Source of the DNA: Oligoflexia bacterium
GTDB lineage: Bacteria; Bdellovibrionota; UBA1018
Assembly (NCBI GenBank): GCA_963758495.1
Contig: CAVWVI010000001.1
Span: 321,719-385,718 of the forward strand
Direction: 5' to 3'
DNA: 64,000 nucleotides
The position numbers were made by a program, and so were the translations under genes. Position 1 is the stretch's first letter, and each line of letters starts with the position of its first letter. The notes below the pieces were generated by a model. The model was not told the DNA's origin and did not search any database. It was given only the letters and a program-made list of their open reading frames with translations. Positions 1 to 7,768 of this stretch are shown here, piece by piece.

Positions 1-2
1 CC

Positions 3-179
3 TCATGGAAAATGCAGCTCTTCGGGTCGTGGAGATCTTGACAGAACGTTTCGGGTCTCTAAAGAATAAATGCATCGCAGTTGTCTGTGGCAATGGTAAT
101 AATGGCGGCGACGGCCTAGAAATCGCCCGTTGCCAAAAAGAGGATCAGGAGGATCATAATGAGTCCTGCTAAAATCAAG
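3..179 (+). CDS. 5'-partial YjeF-N-like (NAD(P)H-hydrate epimerase N-terminal domain) fragment; an in-frame stop shortly after the GNNGGDG motif suggests truncation
   Basis: Translation of frame 3 gives ...VVCGNGNNGGDGLEIARC..., the YjeF_N signature. It stops after about 58 aa whereas the domain is about 200 aa. Confidence 0.35.
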
Positions 180-193
180 AAGGGACTACTCTG

Positions 194-997
194 ATGTGGC
201 ACTGGCTTCGCGACCTCCGGCACAGAAAAATTCTTCAAACCCCATTTCCTCCCTACTGGGAAACGATTCTCGAAAATAATGTCACTCACTATCGCCGATT
301 GTATCCGGAAGGGTGCCATCAGTTACAGCACCTAGTTCAGGTTTTCGTCGCCGAAAAGCATTGGGAGGGATGCGGAGGGCTGGTATTAACCGATGAAATA
401 CGAGTTACAATCGCGGCGCAAGCCTGCCTGATGATTCTTGCCTTGCCTCACGATCTTTACCGCGATGTGGAATCGATTTTCGTTTACCCATCGACGGTCA
501 TGACTCCTGAGCGAAGACCGGGAGTATTCGAAATCTCTATGAGCCCAACCCCGACATCTATACCGATCCTAGGACAAGCTCAATACAAAGGGCCAGTGAT
601 TCTGGCTTGGGATTCAGTCAAACGAACGGCGCGGCATCCGGAAAGCGGCCATAACGTCGTTTATCATGAGTTTGCACACAAGCTTGACCTACTCAATGGA
701 GAAGCGAACGGGACACCGCCACTTTCTAGCCCTGAGGAGTACAGACGATGGAAAGAAGTCTGTGAGAGGGAGTTCCTGCGTCTCCGCGCAGAATCAAAAA
801 ACGGCAGACATACTTTTCTAGATTCCTATGGTGCTACCCATGAATCGGAATTTTTCGCCGTCGTAACCGAAAAGTTCTTCGATCAGCCTTTGGATCTCCT
901 GAAGCACGGCCCGGAATTGTATGGAGTATTGAAGGATTTTTATCGGCAAGATCCAGCAATCCTAGTGATGCCGATCCCAAATCAGAAAAGAAATTAA
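194..997 (+). CDS. mtfA: MtfA-like zinc peptidase (M90 family)
   Basis: 267-aa ORF with an HEFAH zinc motif and overall resemblance to Mlc-titration factor MtfA. Confidence 0.55.
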   Translation: MWHWLRDLRHRKILQTPFPPYWETILENNVTHYRRLYPEGCHQLQHLVQVFVAEKHWEGCGGLVLTDEIRVTIAAQACLMILALPHDLYRDVESIFVYPSTVMTPERRPGVFEISMSPTPTSIPILGQAQYKGPVILAWDSVKRTARHPESGHNVVYHEFAHKLDLLNGEANGTPPLSSPEEYRRWKEVCEREFLRLRAESKNGRHTFLDSYGATHESEFFAVVTEKFFDQPLDLLKHGPELYGVLKDFYRQDPAILVMPIPNQKRN

Positions 998-1036
998 GAG
1001 CAGGTACTCTTTTTGCTTCTTTCAAAAGGAAGATAA

Positions 1037-1420
1037 GTGAAGGAGATGTTTATAAGCATCACATTAGATCACACTATTGTGCCAGCACATAACAAGGAGG
1101 CGTCAGCAAGGTTTTTCGCAAACCTCTTTGGGCTCAGTTACGATGGTTTGATGGGCCCATTTGCGCCTGTTCGAATAAATGAAACACTTACACTTGATTT
1201 CGACGATCGCCGGGAGAATTTCGAATGGCACCATTATGCTTTTCATGTGAGCGACAAAGAATTTGACACCATTCTGAACCGTATCAAAGCCGCAGGCATC
1301 AGCTACGGAAGTGCGCCTTGGTCTTTGGAAGATAAAAAAATCAACGACAAGCGAGGCGGCCGCGGCGTCTATTTCTGCGAATTGAACGGCCACATATTGG
1401 AACTTCTCACTCATGCTTGA
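1037..1420 (+). CDS. VOC/glyoxalase-bleomycin resistance family protein
   Basis: 127-aa ORF whose composition is typical of the glyoxalase/VOC fold (HHYAF, ELNGHILEL). Confidence 0.55.
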   Translation: MKEMFISITLDHTIVPAHNKEASARFFANLFGLSYDGLMGPFAPVRINETLTLDFDDRRENFEWHHYAFHVSDKEFDTILNRIKAAGISYGSAPWSLEDKKINDKRGGRGVYFCELNGHILELLTHA

Positions 1421-1528
1421 ACGGGGGGAGTCATTGTAATTTAATCAGGTGCTCTATAGATGAAACAAGTGGGTACTATCAGCGTCATTTTGATAGAACT
1501 TTTGCGGAAAAATTAAAAAGGTTTCAAG

Positions 1529-1640
1529 TTGTATTTCATGCTCCAGTTCCTCCATCGAACTACCGCGCTTCCGGCTTGCTGCTTGTTCACTCGCTCGCAT
1601 CCCGCTCGCGCCCGGCTACGCCGGTACCGTGAACAAGACC
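1529..1640. repeat. 112-bp repeat, copy A (inverted partner at 7159-7270, about 93-95% identity)
   Basis: Direct comparison shows the reverse complement of 1529-1640 matches 7159-7270 with a few substitutions. The unit contains internal hairpins (CTTGTTCAC...GTGAACAAG and CCGGC...GCCGG). Confidence 0.75.
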
Positions 1641-1693
1641 TTAGAGAGGAAAGCATTGAAAGATAGTTATGTTTTTTTTAAAATAAAAATGAA

Positions 1694-1837
1694 TCAATCA
1701 AAGCTGAGGTAGGCCGCCATTTTTTTTGCCCCGTAAGTCTCGATTGCTCTCATTCTATTATGCATTGAACACTTTAATTCAAGATTCTCCACAGTGTTCG
1801 GTCCGCCGAAACCAAATGGAATGATGTGGTCTTGACG
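1694..1837 (-). pseudogene. C-terminal fragment of the DUF222-HNH endonuclease gene (HNH motif ...DHIIPFGFGGPNTVENLELKCSMHN...), separated from its N-terminal part by an IS insertion
   Basis: The 61-aa ORF carries an HNH core. The N-terminal part of the same domain (C-x9-C-GSS) ends at about 5945, where the IS begins. Confidence 0.6.
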
Positions 1838-1896
1838 TCCTCCCCTGCCTAAAGGCTGGCCTTGCGGCCACCTGCCCAACGCAGGAGGGGATTCCC

Positions 1897-2814
1897 TTAA
1901 GCGACTTTCGTCGCTCTTAGCGATTCACGCCCGAATCGGAGAATATTTCTAGCTGCATTAACGTCACGATCGTGATGAGCATGACATTCGCTGCAAGTCC
2001 ACTCTCTTACCCCAAGACCACTTAGTCCGCTCGGACCTGTTTTTGTATGACAGTTCGAGCAAGTGACCGTGGAGGAACTTTCATTCACTTCGTAGTAGTT
2101 TCCTGAATGCCTAATGGCTTTATACTTCAAGAGATTTCGGATGATTCCGAACGAAGCGTCTGCTGAACTTTTTCCACTTCCTGCTTGTGTGAACTTTCCG
2201 CTCACATTACCAACATACAAAGTGTTGGCTTTTCTTACTGCTTTTGTAGTCTCCTTATGTACATAGTCTTTCCGTTTGTTTTTAATCTTCGCGTGAATCT
2301 TCTTAACTCGTTTCTTTTTATTGGCTCGCTGCGCTGTAGCAAGCTCATCTTCGAGTTTTCTAAATTCACTGTTATTTTTTATGAAACTTCCATCACTGAA
2401 TGTCATTGAAGTCTTTAGGCCGGGATCTCCACCTAATTCTTCTATAGGGTGCTTGTGATCTATTTTTGAGACTTCACAAGCAAGATTCACGTACCAACGA
2501 CCCTGAGCGTCTTGAGAAAATGAACCAGACAAGATTCGACCTTCAATCGGACGAGAGAGCCATATCTTGTAGCTATGCCCAAGGTAACAAACCCTGTGAC
2601 CGTCCACTTGAATTGAATTCGCCTTGAATGGAATCCAGCCCAATGAACGCCTTGAGCCCCTAGATGTGCGCCAACGGAGCTTCCTTTTTTTGAACTGGAT
2701 TCTCCGAATTACGTATTCTTCACAGATTGCCTGCACAGTTACACTATTAAGTCCAAGCTCTTGAGAGGAGCCCGAAGTCAGATTTTTTAGGTCTATGGCT
2801 GAAAGAAATTCTCC
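1897..2814 (-). CDS. tnpB: tnpB 3' exon (OrfB/TnpB RuvC-like with zinc finger), downstream of the group II intron; 5' boundary approximate
   Basis: The 353-aa ORF contains TnpB C-terminal motifs and CxxC...CxxC. Only the part after the intron 3' end (about 2815) is counted as exon. Confidence 0.55.
   Translation of the reverse strand, partial: GEFLSAIDLKNLTSGSSQELGLNSVTVQAICEEYVIRRIQFKKRKLRWRTSRGSRRSLGWIPFKANSIQVDGHRVCYLGHSYKIWLSRPIEGRILSGSFSQDAQGRWYVNLACEVSKIDHKHPIEELGGDPGLKTSMTFSDGSFIKNNSEFRKLEDELATAQRANKKKRVKKIHAKIKNKRKDYVHKETTKAVRKANTLYVGNVSGKFTQAGSGKSSADASFGIIRNLLKYKAIRHSGNYYEVNESSSTVTCSNCHTKTGPSGLSGLGVREWTCSECHAHHDRDVNAARNILRFGRESLRATKVA
1901..1914. other. Hairpin GCGAC-tttc-GTCGC at the 3' end of tnpB (candidate IS end or omega-RNA scaffold element)
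   Basis: A perfect 5-bp stem overlapping the last tnpB codons, with TGGCC-ttgc-GGCCA and CCTGC-ccaac-GCAGG hairpins at 1857-1885. Confidence 0.35.
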
Positions 2815-5222
2815 ATGATTTCGAATGGCATTGAAAGAAGTATCGTTGTCGAGTAAGGGGTAAACCTTACGGTTTACCCCTCCTCTAAGAACGCATCGTG
2901 CGAGTTTCCCCGCAATACGCTCAAGCCTCTCTGATACCCTTTGCAGGATACGGTTCACGTTGATGGAGTATTTCGTGACAGATGGAATGAACTAATTCAA
3001 GATTGCTCATTTTATTACTGCCACCTAAACTCTTTTTGACCTTGTGGTGGACTGCCCACCCGGATTTAAAGAAAATAGGCTTTTTGCAATAAGAACAAGC
3101 TTTTTCTTGTAAGCTGTAGAGGTACATGCGGGACTTGATCGCTTGAGAACCGAGAGACATTTTTTGCTTCTGTCGATCCTCAAAGTATCGATCCCAGTCC
3201 GGATCATATGGGTTGGCTGCTGCTCTGACCTTGATATGACGGCTAATCTTAGTAGCCGCCATGTTATTTAGTTCAACGTATTCCCAGGTCCCATCCTCTG
3301 CTTTTTTCTTCCCGAAGAAAACCCAGTTCCGATCTCCATTAGTTCGGAAGTACTTTTGTTTAATCCATTTCCTGGATTTAAAGGGATGCCTTCGGTTCGA
3401 CCATTTCCACAGAGCATGATAAATACTCATCGCCATGCGCTGGAAAGTTTTTGCACTACATACGTGACGATAATAATTGGCCCAACCCCTAATAAGTGGG
3501 TTGAGAAGATCAATTACAAGCGTCGGTTTTGCCTGCTTATTCTTTCGGATTATTTCCCGTATTTTATCTGACACCCTCTTCACATTTGCTTTAGCTGGCT
3601 TTGTGATGAGTGTGCCTTTATACTTACGGAAATTAAAACCTAGGAAATCAAATCCATCCTCTATATGTGTGATCTTAGTTTTCTCTTTCGATAGCTCGAG
3701 ACCACGTTCCTTCAGGAAATCTACGATCATTGGTTTGACCGATTGTTCGAGAATTTCCTTCGAGGCGCCAGTGACAATAAAGTCATCCGCATATTTGACG
3801 ATGTTCACCTTGTATTTCATTATGATTCTTGGATTTGCTCTGAAGGTCGCATATAAACGACGCTCTAGGCCATCTAAGGTCATATTTGCTATTACAGGGG
3901 ATGCGATTCCCCCCTGAGGGGTCCCTTCGTTCGTTGGGTTCAGGATTTGATTTTCTATATATCCGGCTTTCAACCATCCTTTTAGAATCTTCTTTTCCAT
4001 TGGAATATTATTTTCCAACCAGGTGTGATTAATTTTATCAAAGCAGGATTTAATATCTCCTTCTAAGATCCAACGTGCACTTCCCGGTTTCCCTAATGCC
4101 AGAAAACACTGTTCCATCGCGTCCTGAGTAGAACGCTCTTTCCTGAATCCGTATGAATTAGGATCAGCAGTGCTTTCTGCGACAGGGTCCAGTCCCATGA
4201 GATAGAGAGCTTGCATCGCCCTGCATTTCATAGTTGGAATCGAAATAGGCCTTTGTCGGCCATCTTTCTTTGGAATATAGATTCTTCGGAGTGGCTGAGG
4301 TCGATATCCACGCTGTCGAAGCGAGTATACTGCTCGCATCTTTTCCTCGGGTGTTTTCCATATTTTCTGGTCAACACCTGGGGTATTTCTTCCATCATTT
4401 TCGGTCACTCTGCGCACTGCCAAAAGCTTTGCGTTTTGTGATCGAGTTAGTAGGTATTGGAGCGATTTAACTCGTCCCCACCTACCTTCTTTCGTTGCCT
4501 TTACGATACGTGCCTGAAGACGACTCACTTCTTGGATTGCCGAATCCCAGCTAGTGGATTCCCATTCTTTGATAAAGTGAGAGGCCGCACCAGTAGATAG
4601 TGTTTTTGAATTGCCATTTACCGTCATCTGCTTTGCCTCCTTTATCGCTTTGTCAGGTTATTTCGTAATGAGAGACCCGGTAGAAGTCAGCTCGCTTTCA
4701 CGCCGGTAATTAAACCGTATTCGATTCGTTATAAATCGACTTTCGCTTTCTCTACCATCCTTTACCTACATGCCTATGGGCTCGTCTTGCGACTCACTTT
4801 CCGTTTAAGGAGGCATGTAGGCTTACCGAGTTTCGTTGTTAAAACATCAATCGATTTAGGCTCGCCCTATTCACCGACAGCATTGGTCCATGATGAGAGA
4901 TACAGCACAGCTCTCATTCCCAGCTGCTTGCCTTTTGGCTCAAGTCTATCAGCACCTTTGACTTGTTATGGATTACGGCGTTTATCAGGCATTCACTTAT
5001 GTTAGCCCTGTCGACTATCCTAGCCCTGATCCGCTTTAGTGCTAGCAGAATTGATCTGGACTCACGTCCAAATCTAGGTAATTGACCCAGGATACATTGT
5101 CAGAGTGCTTCATACGGATTGTTACCTCTCCGCATTTACTCCTAGGATACTTGCTATGGAAGGCAAGGTTACATCGCCTCGCAGGCTTATAACAATTTTA
5201 GCAACGACTTTCCTCGTCGCAC
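2815..5222 (-). mobile_element. Group II intron (about 2.4 kb) inserted within tnpB; 5' end GUGCG at 5222, domain V hairpin at about 2851-2885, 3' end approximate
   Basis: The minus strand reads GTGCGACGAGG... at 5222 downward. The IEP ORF sits in domain IV. A 34-nt hairpin GAGGAGGGGTAAACC-GTAA-GGTTTACCCCTTACTC lies immediately after the IEP stop, consistent with domain V. Confidence 0.7.
2921..4627 (-). CDS. Group II intron-encoded protein: reverse transcriptase/maturase with a C-terminal HNH endonuclease domain
   Basis: 568-aa ORF with the RT motif IVKYADDFIVTG, the maturase X-domain sequence RGWANYYR, and a C-terminal CSYCKK...HHKVKKSLGG...N...H HNH segment. Confidence 0.85.
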   Translation of the reverse strand: MTVNGNSKTLSTGAASHFIKEWESTSWDSAIQEVSRLQARIVKATKEGRWGRVKSLQYLLTRSQNAKLLAVRRVTENDGRNTPGVDQKIWKTPEEKMRAVYSLRQRGYRPQPLRRIYIPKKDGRQRPISIPTMKCRAMQALYLMGLDPVAESTADPNSYGFRKERSTQDAMEQCFLALGKPGSARWILEGDIKSCFDKINHTWLENNIPMEKKILKGWLKAGYIENQILNPTNEGTPQGGIASPVIANMTLDGLERRLYATFRANPRIIMKYKVNIVKYADDFIVTGASKEILEQSVKPMIVDFLKERGLELSKEKTKITHIEDGFDFLGFNFRKYKGTLITKPAKANVKRVSDKIREIIRKNKQAKPTLVIDLLNPLIRGWANYYRHVCSAKTFQRMAMSIYHALWKWSNRRHPFKSRKWIKQKYFRTNGDRNWVFFGKKKAEDGTWEYVELNNMAATKISRHIKVRAAANPYDPDWDRYFEDRQKQKMSLGSQAIKSRMYLYSLQEKACSYCKKPIFFKSGWAVHHKVKKSLGGSNKMSNLELVHSICHEILHQREPYPAKGIREA

Positions 5223-5351
5223 GCAGTAATTCCACACAAAATTAACAGCACGAGCAAGCTGGTCGAGTCTGTTTAATTCTGAGGCGTCCTTGATCCTATA
5301 GCGTAAGGTTGTTGTCACCTTGTTAGGATCTTTTTCCTTTCTCTTAGCCAT
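5223..5351 (-). CDS. tnpB: tnpB 5' exon (N-terminal OrfB_IS605 region MAKRKEKDPNKVTTTLRYRIKDASELNRLDQLARAVNFVWNYC), ending at the intron 5' splice site
   Basis: The N-terminal TnpB-like sequence runs directly into GTGCG, so the listed ORF continues into intron sequence and stops. Confidence 0.55.
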
Positions 5352-5414
5352 TTTTCGCTTGGGCTTTATCATCAACATTTGCACTTACGATTACATTGGT
5401 CTATGACAGTGTCA

Positions 5415-5876
5415 ATGAGAAATATTAAAAGCCCAAAGAATAGTCCTGAGGCTATAGCTAAGCGAAAAACACCAGGAATTAGGCATGGACGCCATTGCGT
5501 ATTTCTGATGCATGTGCATTTAGTATTTGTAGCCAAATATCGCAAAAAATTATTTACGAAAGAAATTTTAAATTTCATGGAAGAGATATTTAGAGACGTT
5601 TGCAAGGACTTCGATGCTGAGCTAAAAGAATTCAATGGTGAAAGTGACCACGTTCATCTCTTAATTAACTACCCATCCAAGATTGCAGTCTCAAACTTAG
5701 TTAATAGCCTGAAAGGGGTTTCATCTCGACATGTACGGAAAAAGCAATTTCCTTCACTCCACAAATATATTTGGATGGATGCTCTTTGGACCCCAAGCTA
5801 TTTTGCTGGATCATGTGGCGGTGCTCCTCTGGAAGTCATCAAACAATACATTGAACAACAGAAACCACCACACTAA
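5415..5876 (+). CDS. tnpA: IS200/IS605 Y1 (HuH) transposase TnpA
   Basis: Contains the HVHLLINYP HuH motif and the C-terminal catalytic Tyr region (YIWMDALWTPSYFAGSCGGAPLEVIKQYI). The start is placed at an internal Met, consistent with a typical TnpA length of about 150 aa. Confidence 0.8.
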   Translation: MRNIKSPKNSPEAIAKRKTPGIRHGRHCVFLMHVHLVFVAKYRKKLFTKEILNFMEEIFRDVCKDFDAELKEFNGESDHVHLLINYPSKIAVSNLVNSLKGVSSRHVRKKQFPSLHKYIWMDALWTPSYFAGSCGGAPLEVIKQYIEQQKPPH

Positions 5877-5894
5877 AGTGCGGACGCCTTATAT

Positions 5895-5914
5895 CCCCGG
5901 GATGAACCCCGGGG
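5895..5914. other. IS200/IS605 subterminal hairpin (CCCCGGG-atgaac-CCCGGGG) about 30 nt inside the element end
   Basis: A perfect 7-bp stem about 20 nt after the tnpA stop and just inside the junction with the HNH gene. Confidence 0.5.
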
Positions 5915-5942
5915 TTTTACGGCGCGTGTGATAATGAATTGC

Positions 5943-6824
5943 ATGCGAAGATCCGCATTTTCGACCACTCGTGGGATCGACATACTGACATTTTCCTTCA
6001 TCACGATAATAAACAGTACGTTTCACTTCGGCTGGAATATATCGCGTCGGTGCTTGAGTTGGAGCTTCATCAGCCGTAGCTATAGGCTCTCCCACGACTA
6101 CCGTAGCACTTTGATTCGTCTTCACTTTTTCTCCGACGCCGGAGCGGACCTCACTTAGTTTGTGCGTAGACTTAGGCTCCGACTTTTGAGGGAGTTTAGG
6201 CTTGAGTTTCTCCAGGCTTAACTTTGCCATTTCAGTGAACAATTCACTCAGCGTGAGATGAGGGTATTTGTTTGCGAGGAGGCCCCTCACTTCTTCCAAT
6301 TGATCCAGCAGCGTCTGATCCGCCACAAAACGAACTTCAGAATGGGTCGGAGTCACAGACTTGATCTGGTCAGGCTTTTGAATCGCAAGCGGCTGTGAAG
6401 AGTGTTGTATCAGTTCCCTTTCCGCTTCCCGACTGGATTTATTCATTAAATTTTCGAGAATCTCTTTTTTCTTCTCCAAATCAATTGGCTTTTTCAACTC
6501 CGCTTCCGTTTGAAATAGTCTTTGTGCCATCGCCGCGTTTGAAAGAGTGATTGTTCCTTTTTCAATTTCGTTTTCGACTTCTGGCATTTCAGTCAATAAT
6601 ATCATCGCACTTATTCTTCTCTGAGCCGCCCCGTCTGAAAACCCCAATTCCCGAGTGACATATTTAAAAAGCGACCGATAACCCAGCGTCGCAAAAAGAC
6701 GCCTCCGATAGACTTCCTGAAGATGATGCAGAACTTCTAAAGTAATTTTTCTCTCCTCTTCTGCGAGAGATTTTATTTTCCGTAAGAGTTCTTCATTATT
6801 GAGTTTGCGAATTGAATATGTCAT
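5943..6824 (-). pseudogene. N-terminal part of the DUF222-HNH endonuclease gene (REP13E12-like family), truncated by the IS200/IS605 insertion
   Basis: Shows DUF222-like N-terminal conservation (…RRRLFATLGYRSLFKYVTRELGFSDGAAQRRISAM…) and the start of the HNH motif (RDEGKCQYVDPTSGRKCGSS) before reading into IS sequence. Confidence 0.6.
6126..6145. repeat. 20-nt repeat CTTTTTCTCCGACGCCGGAG (second copy at 7086-7106), forming a hairpin plus T/A run
   Basis: Exact inspection; CTCCG-acgc-CGGAG with a flanking T-run. The 7086-7106 copy resembles an intrinsic terminator reading on the minus strand. Confidence 0.5.
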
Positions 6825-7085
6825 CGATATACTTTCTGTGTAAATTTTCTTTCAATCACCCTAACACAGGTTTTAAAACTCAAAAATTACGCACGAGGAT
6901 TGGGTATTGCTGATTTTTTAATATTCTTTATAGCCCTGCGCCAAACTCCGCCAGGAAAGGCTCCTGAAGTCATAAGAAAGGCTAAAAAAAGCATTTTAGA
7001 AAGGTTTGGCTATTGTCTAAATTGCATTTGAGATTTTGTTCAAAACAGTGTCAAGCCCGAAATCGAATCTTGGTAACTAAAGTAG

Positions 7086-7106
7086 CTTTTTTCTCCGACG
7101 CCGGAG
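7086..7106 (-). terminator. Candidate rho-independent terminator (CTCCGGCGTCGGAG followed by A-run on minus strand)
   Basis: A GC-rich 5-bp stem with a 4-nt loop followed by six T/A residues, located 3' of minus-strand genes. Confidence 0.35.
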
Positions 7107-7158
7107 TTTGCCTTTAGCAAAAATAAACAAAACCATCCTTCAATACCTTCCTCTTCAT

Positions 7159-7270
7159 GGCCTTGTTCACGGTACCGGCGTAGCCGGGCGCGAGCGGGAT
7201 GCGAGCGAGTGAACAAGGAGCAAGCCGGAGGCGCGGTAGTTCGATGGGGGAACTGGAGCATGAGATACAA
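7159..7270. repeat. 112-bp repeat, copy B (inverted relative to 1529-1640)
   Basis: See copy A. Copy B abuts the 21-bp motif at 7271. Confidence 0.75.
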
Positions 7271-7291
7271 GTAAGTAGTTCCTTTAGGGCT
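7271..7291 (+). repeat. 21-bp motif GTAAGTAGTTCCTTTAGGGCT, copy 1 (identical at 30343-30363; 17/21 at 56619-56639)
   Basis: Exact string match seen by inspection; the flanks on both sides are unrelated. Confidence 0.7.
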
Positions 7292-7305
7292 GTTGACAAG
7301 CACTA

Positions 7306-7437
7306 CATTTTTCCCTTGGAACGTAACAGATCAGCTGGAGTTTCACCGTCATCATCTTTTGCGTTCAATGATTCAGGATATTTCTTCGCTAGAAATTCAA
7401 TAATATCTAGCTTTCCTTCCCGTGCAGCTAAATGAGC
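7306..7437 (-). pseudogene. C-terminal remnant of an ankyrin-repeat protein gene (no start codon)
   Basis: Minus-strand translation gives AHLAAREGKLDIIEFLAKKYPESLNAKDDDGETPADLLRSKGKM*, an ankyrin repeat consensus, bounded upstream by an in-frame stop. Confidence 0.45.
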
Positions 7438-7768
7438 TCAATCATATATGTAGCTGCAAACCCGTAGCAGGTGCCAAAATCCAACTGATTGAAATCTTGA
7501 GTAGGTTTATATCAATCTTCTATATACTCGCTTCGTCTTTAATTCGCTTTTCTTGTCCTTGAGGACACCCAGCAGACTGTGCAAAAGCCTGCAAAGGAGG
7601 CATTAAAGGCGAAGCTAAAGCAAGGAGACCTAACAAGGGGGAGCAGAAGGGCGGCGGCGTGAGGGGTCTAAGCTTGGGCATGATCTTATGATTCTAGTGG
7701 AATGAAACTAAATCATCAACTGGACAGGAATTCTCTATAAACTTGCGTGATTTTCTTAAAAATGCAAA

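Larger units (their letters stand above)
1836..5945. mobile_element. IS200/IS605-family insertion sequence (divergent tnpA/tnpB) inserted in the HNH gene; tnpB interrupted by a group II intron; ends approximate
   Basis: A Y1 HuH transposase TnpA and a TnpB with a C-terminal zinc finger (CSNC...CSEC) are present. Subterminal hairpins lie at 5895-5914 (CCCCGGG-atgaac-CCCGGGG) and at 1857-1870/1901-1914. The flanking host ORF fragments are in matching frames. Confidence 0.65.

Noticed and set aside
3477-3917. 146-aa plus-strand ORF and other ORFs of 60-220 aa antisense to large genes (e.g. 8337-8750, 25156-25824, 48781-49251, 50326-50664)
   Set aside because: They lie entirely within, and opposite to, well-supported conserved genes, and have low-complexity or hydrophobic composition. 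They are treated as spurious.
2921-4627. Reverse transcriptase as a retron or diversity-generating retroelement
   Set aside because: The ORF has a maturase X domain and a C-terminal HNH, lies in domain IV between GUGCG and a domain V hairpin, and no TR/VR repeat pair or msr/msd-like structure is present. It is a group II intron IEP.
7271-7276. GTAAGT at the start of the 21-bp motif looks like a eukaryotic 5' splice site
   Set aside because: This is a bacterial context (operons, RBSs, IS elements, bacterial group II intron). The hexamer is short and occurs by chance, so there is no support for spliceosomal introns.
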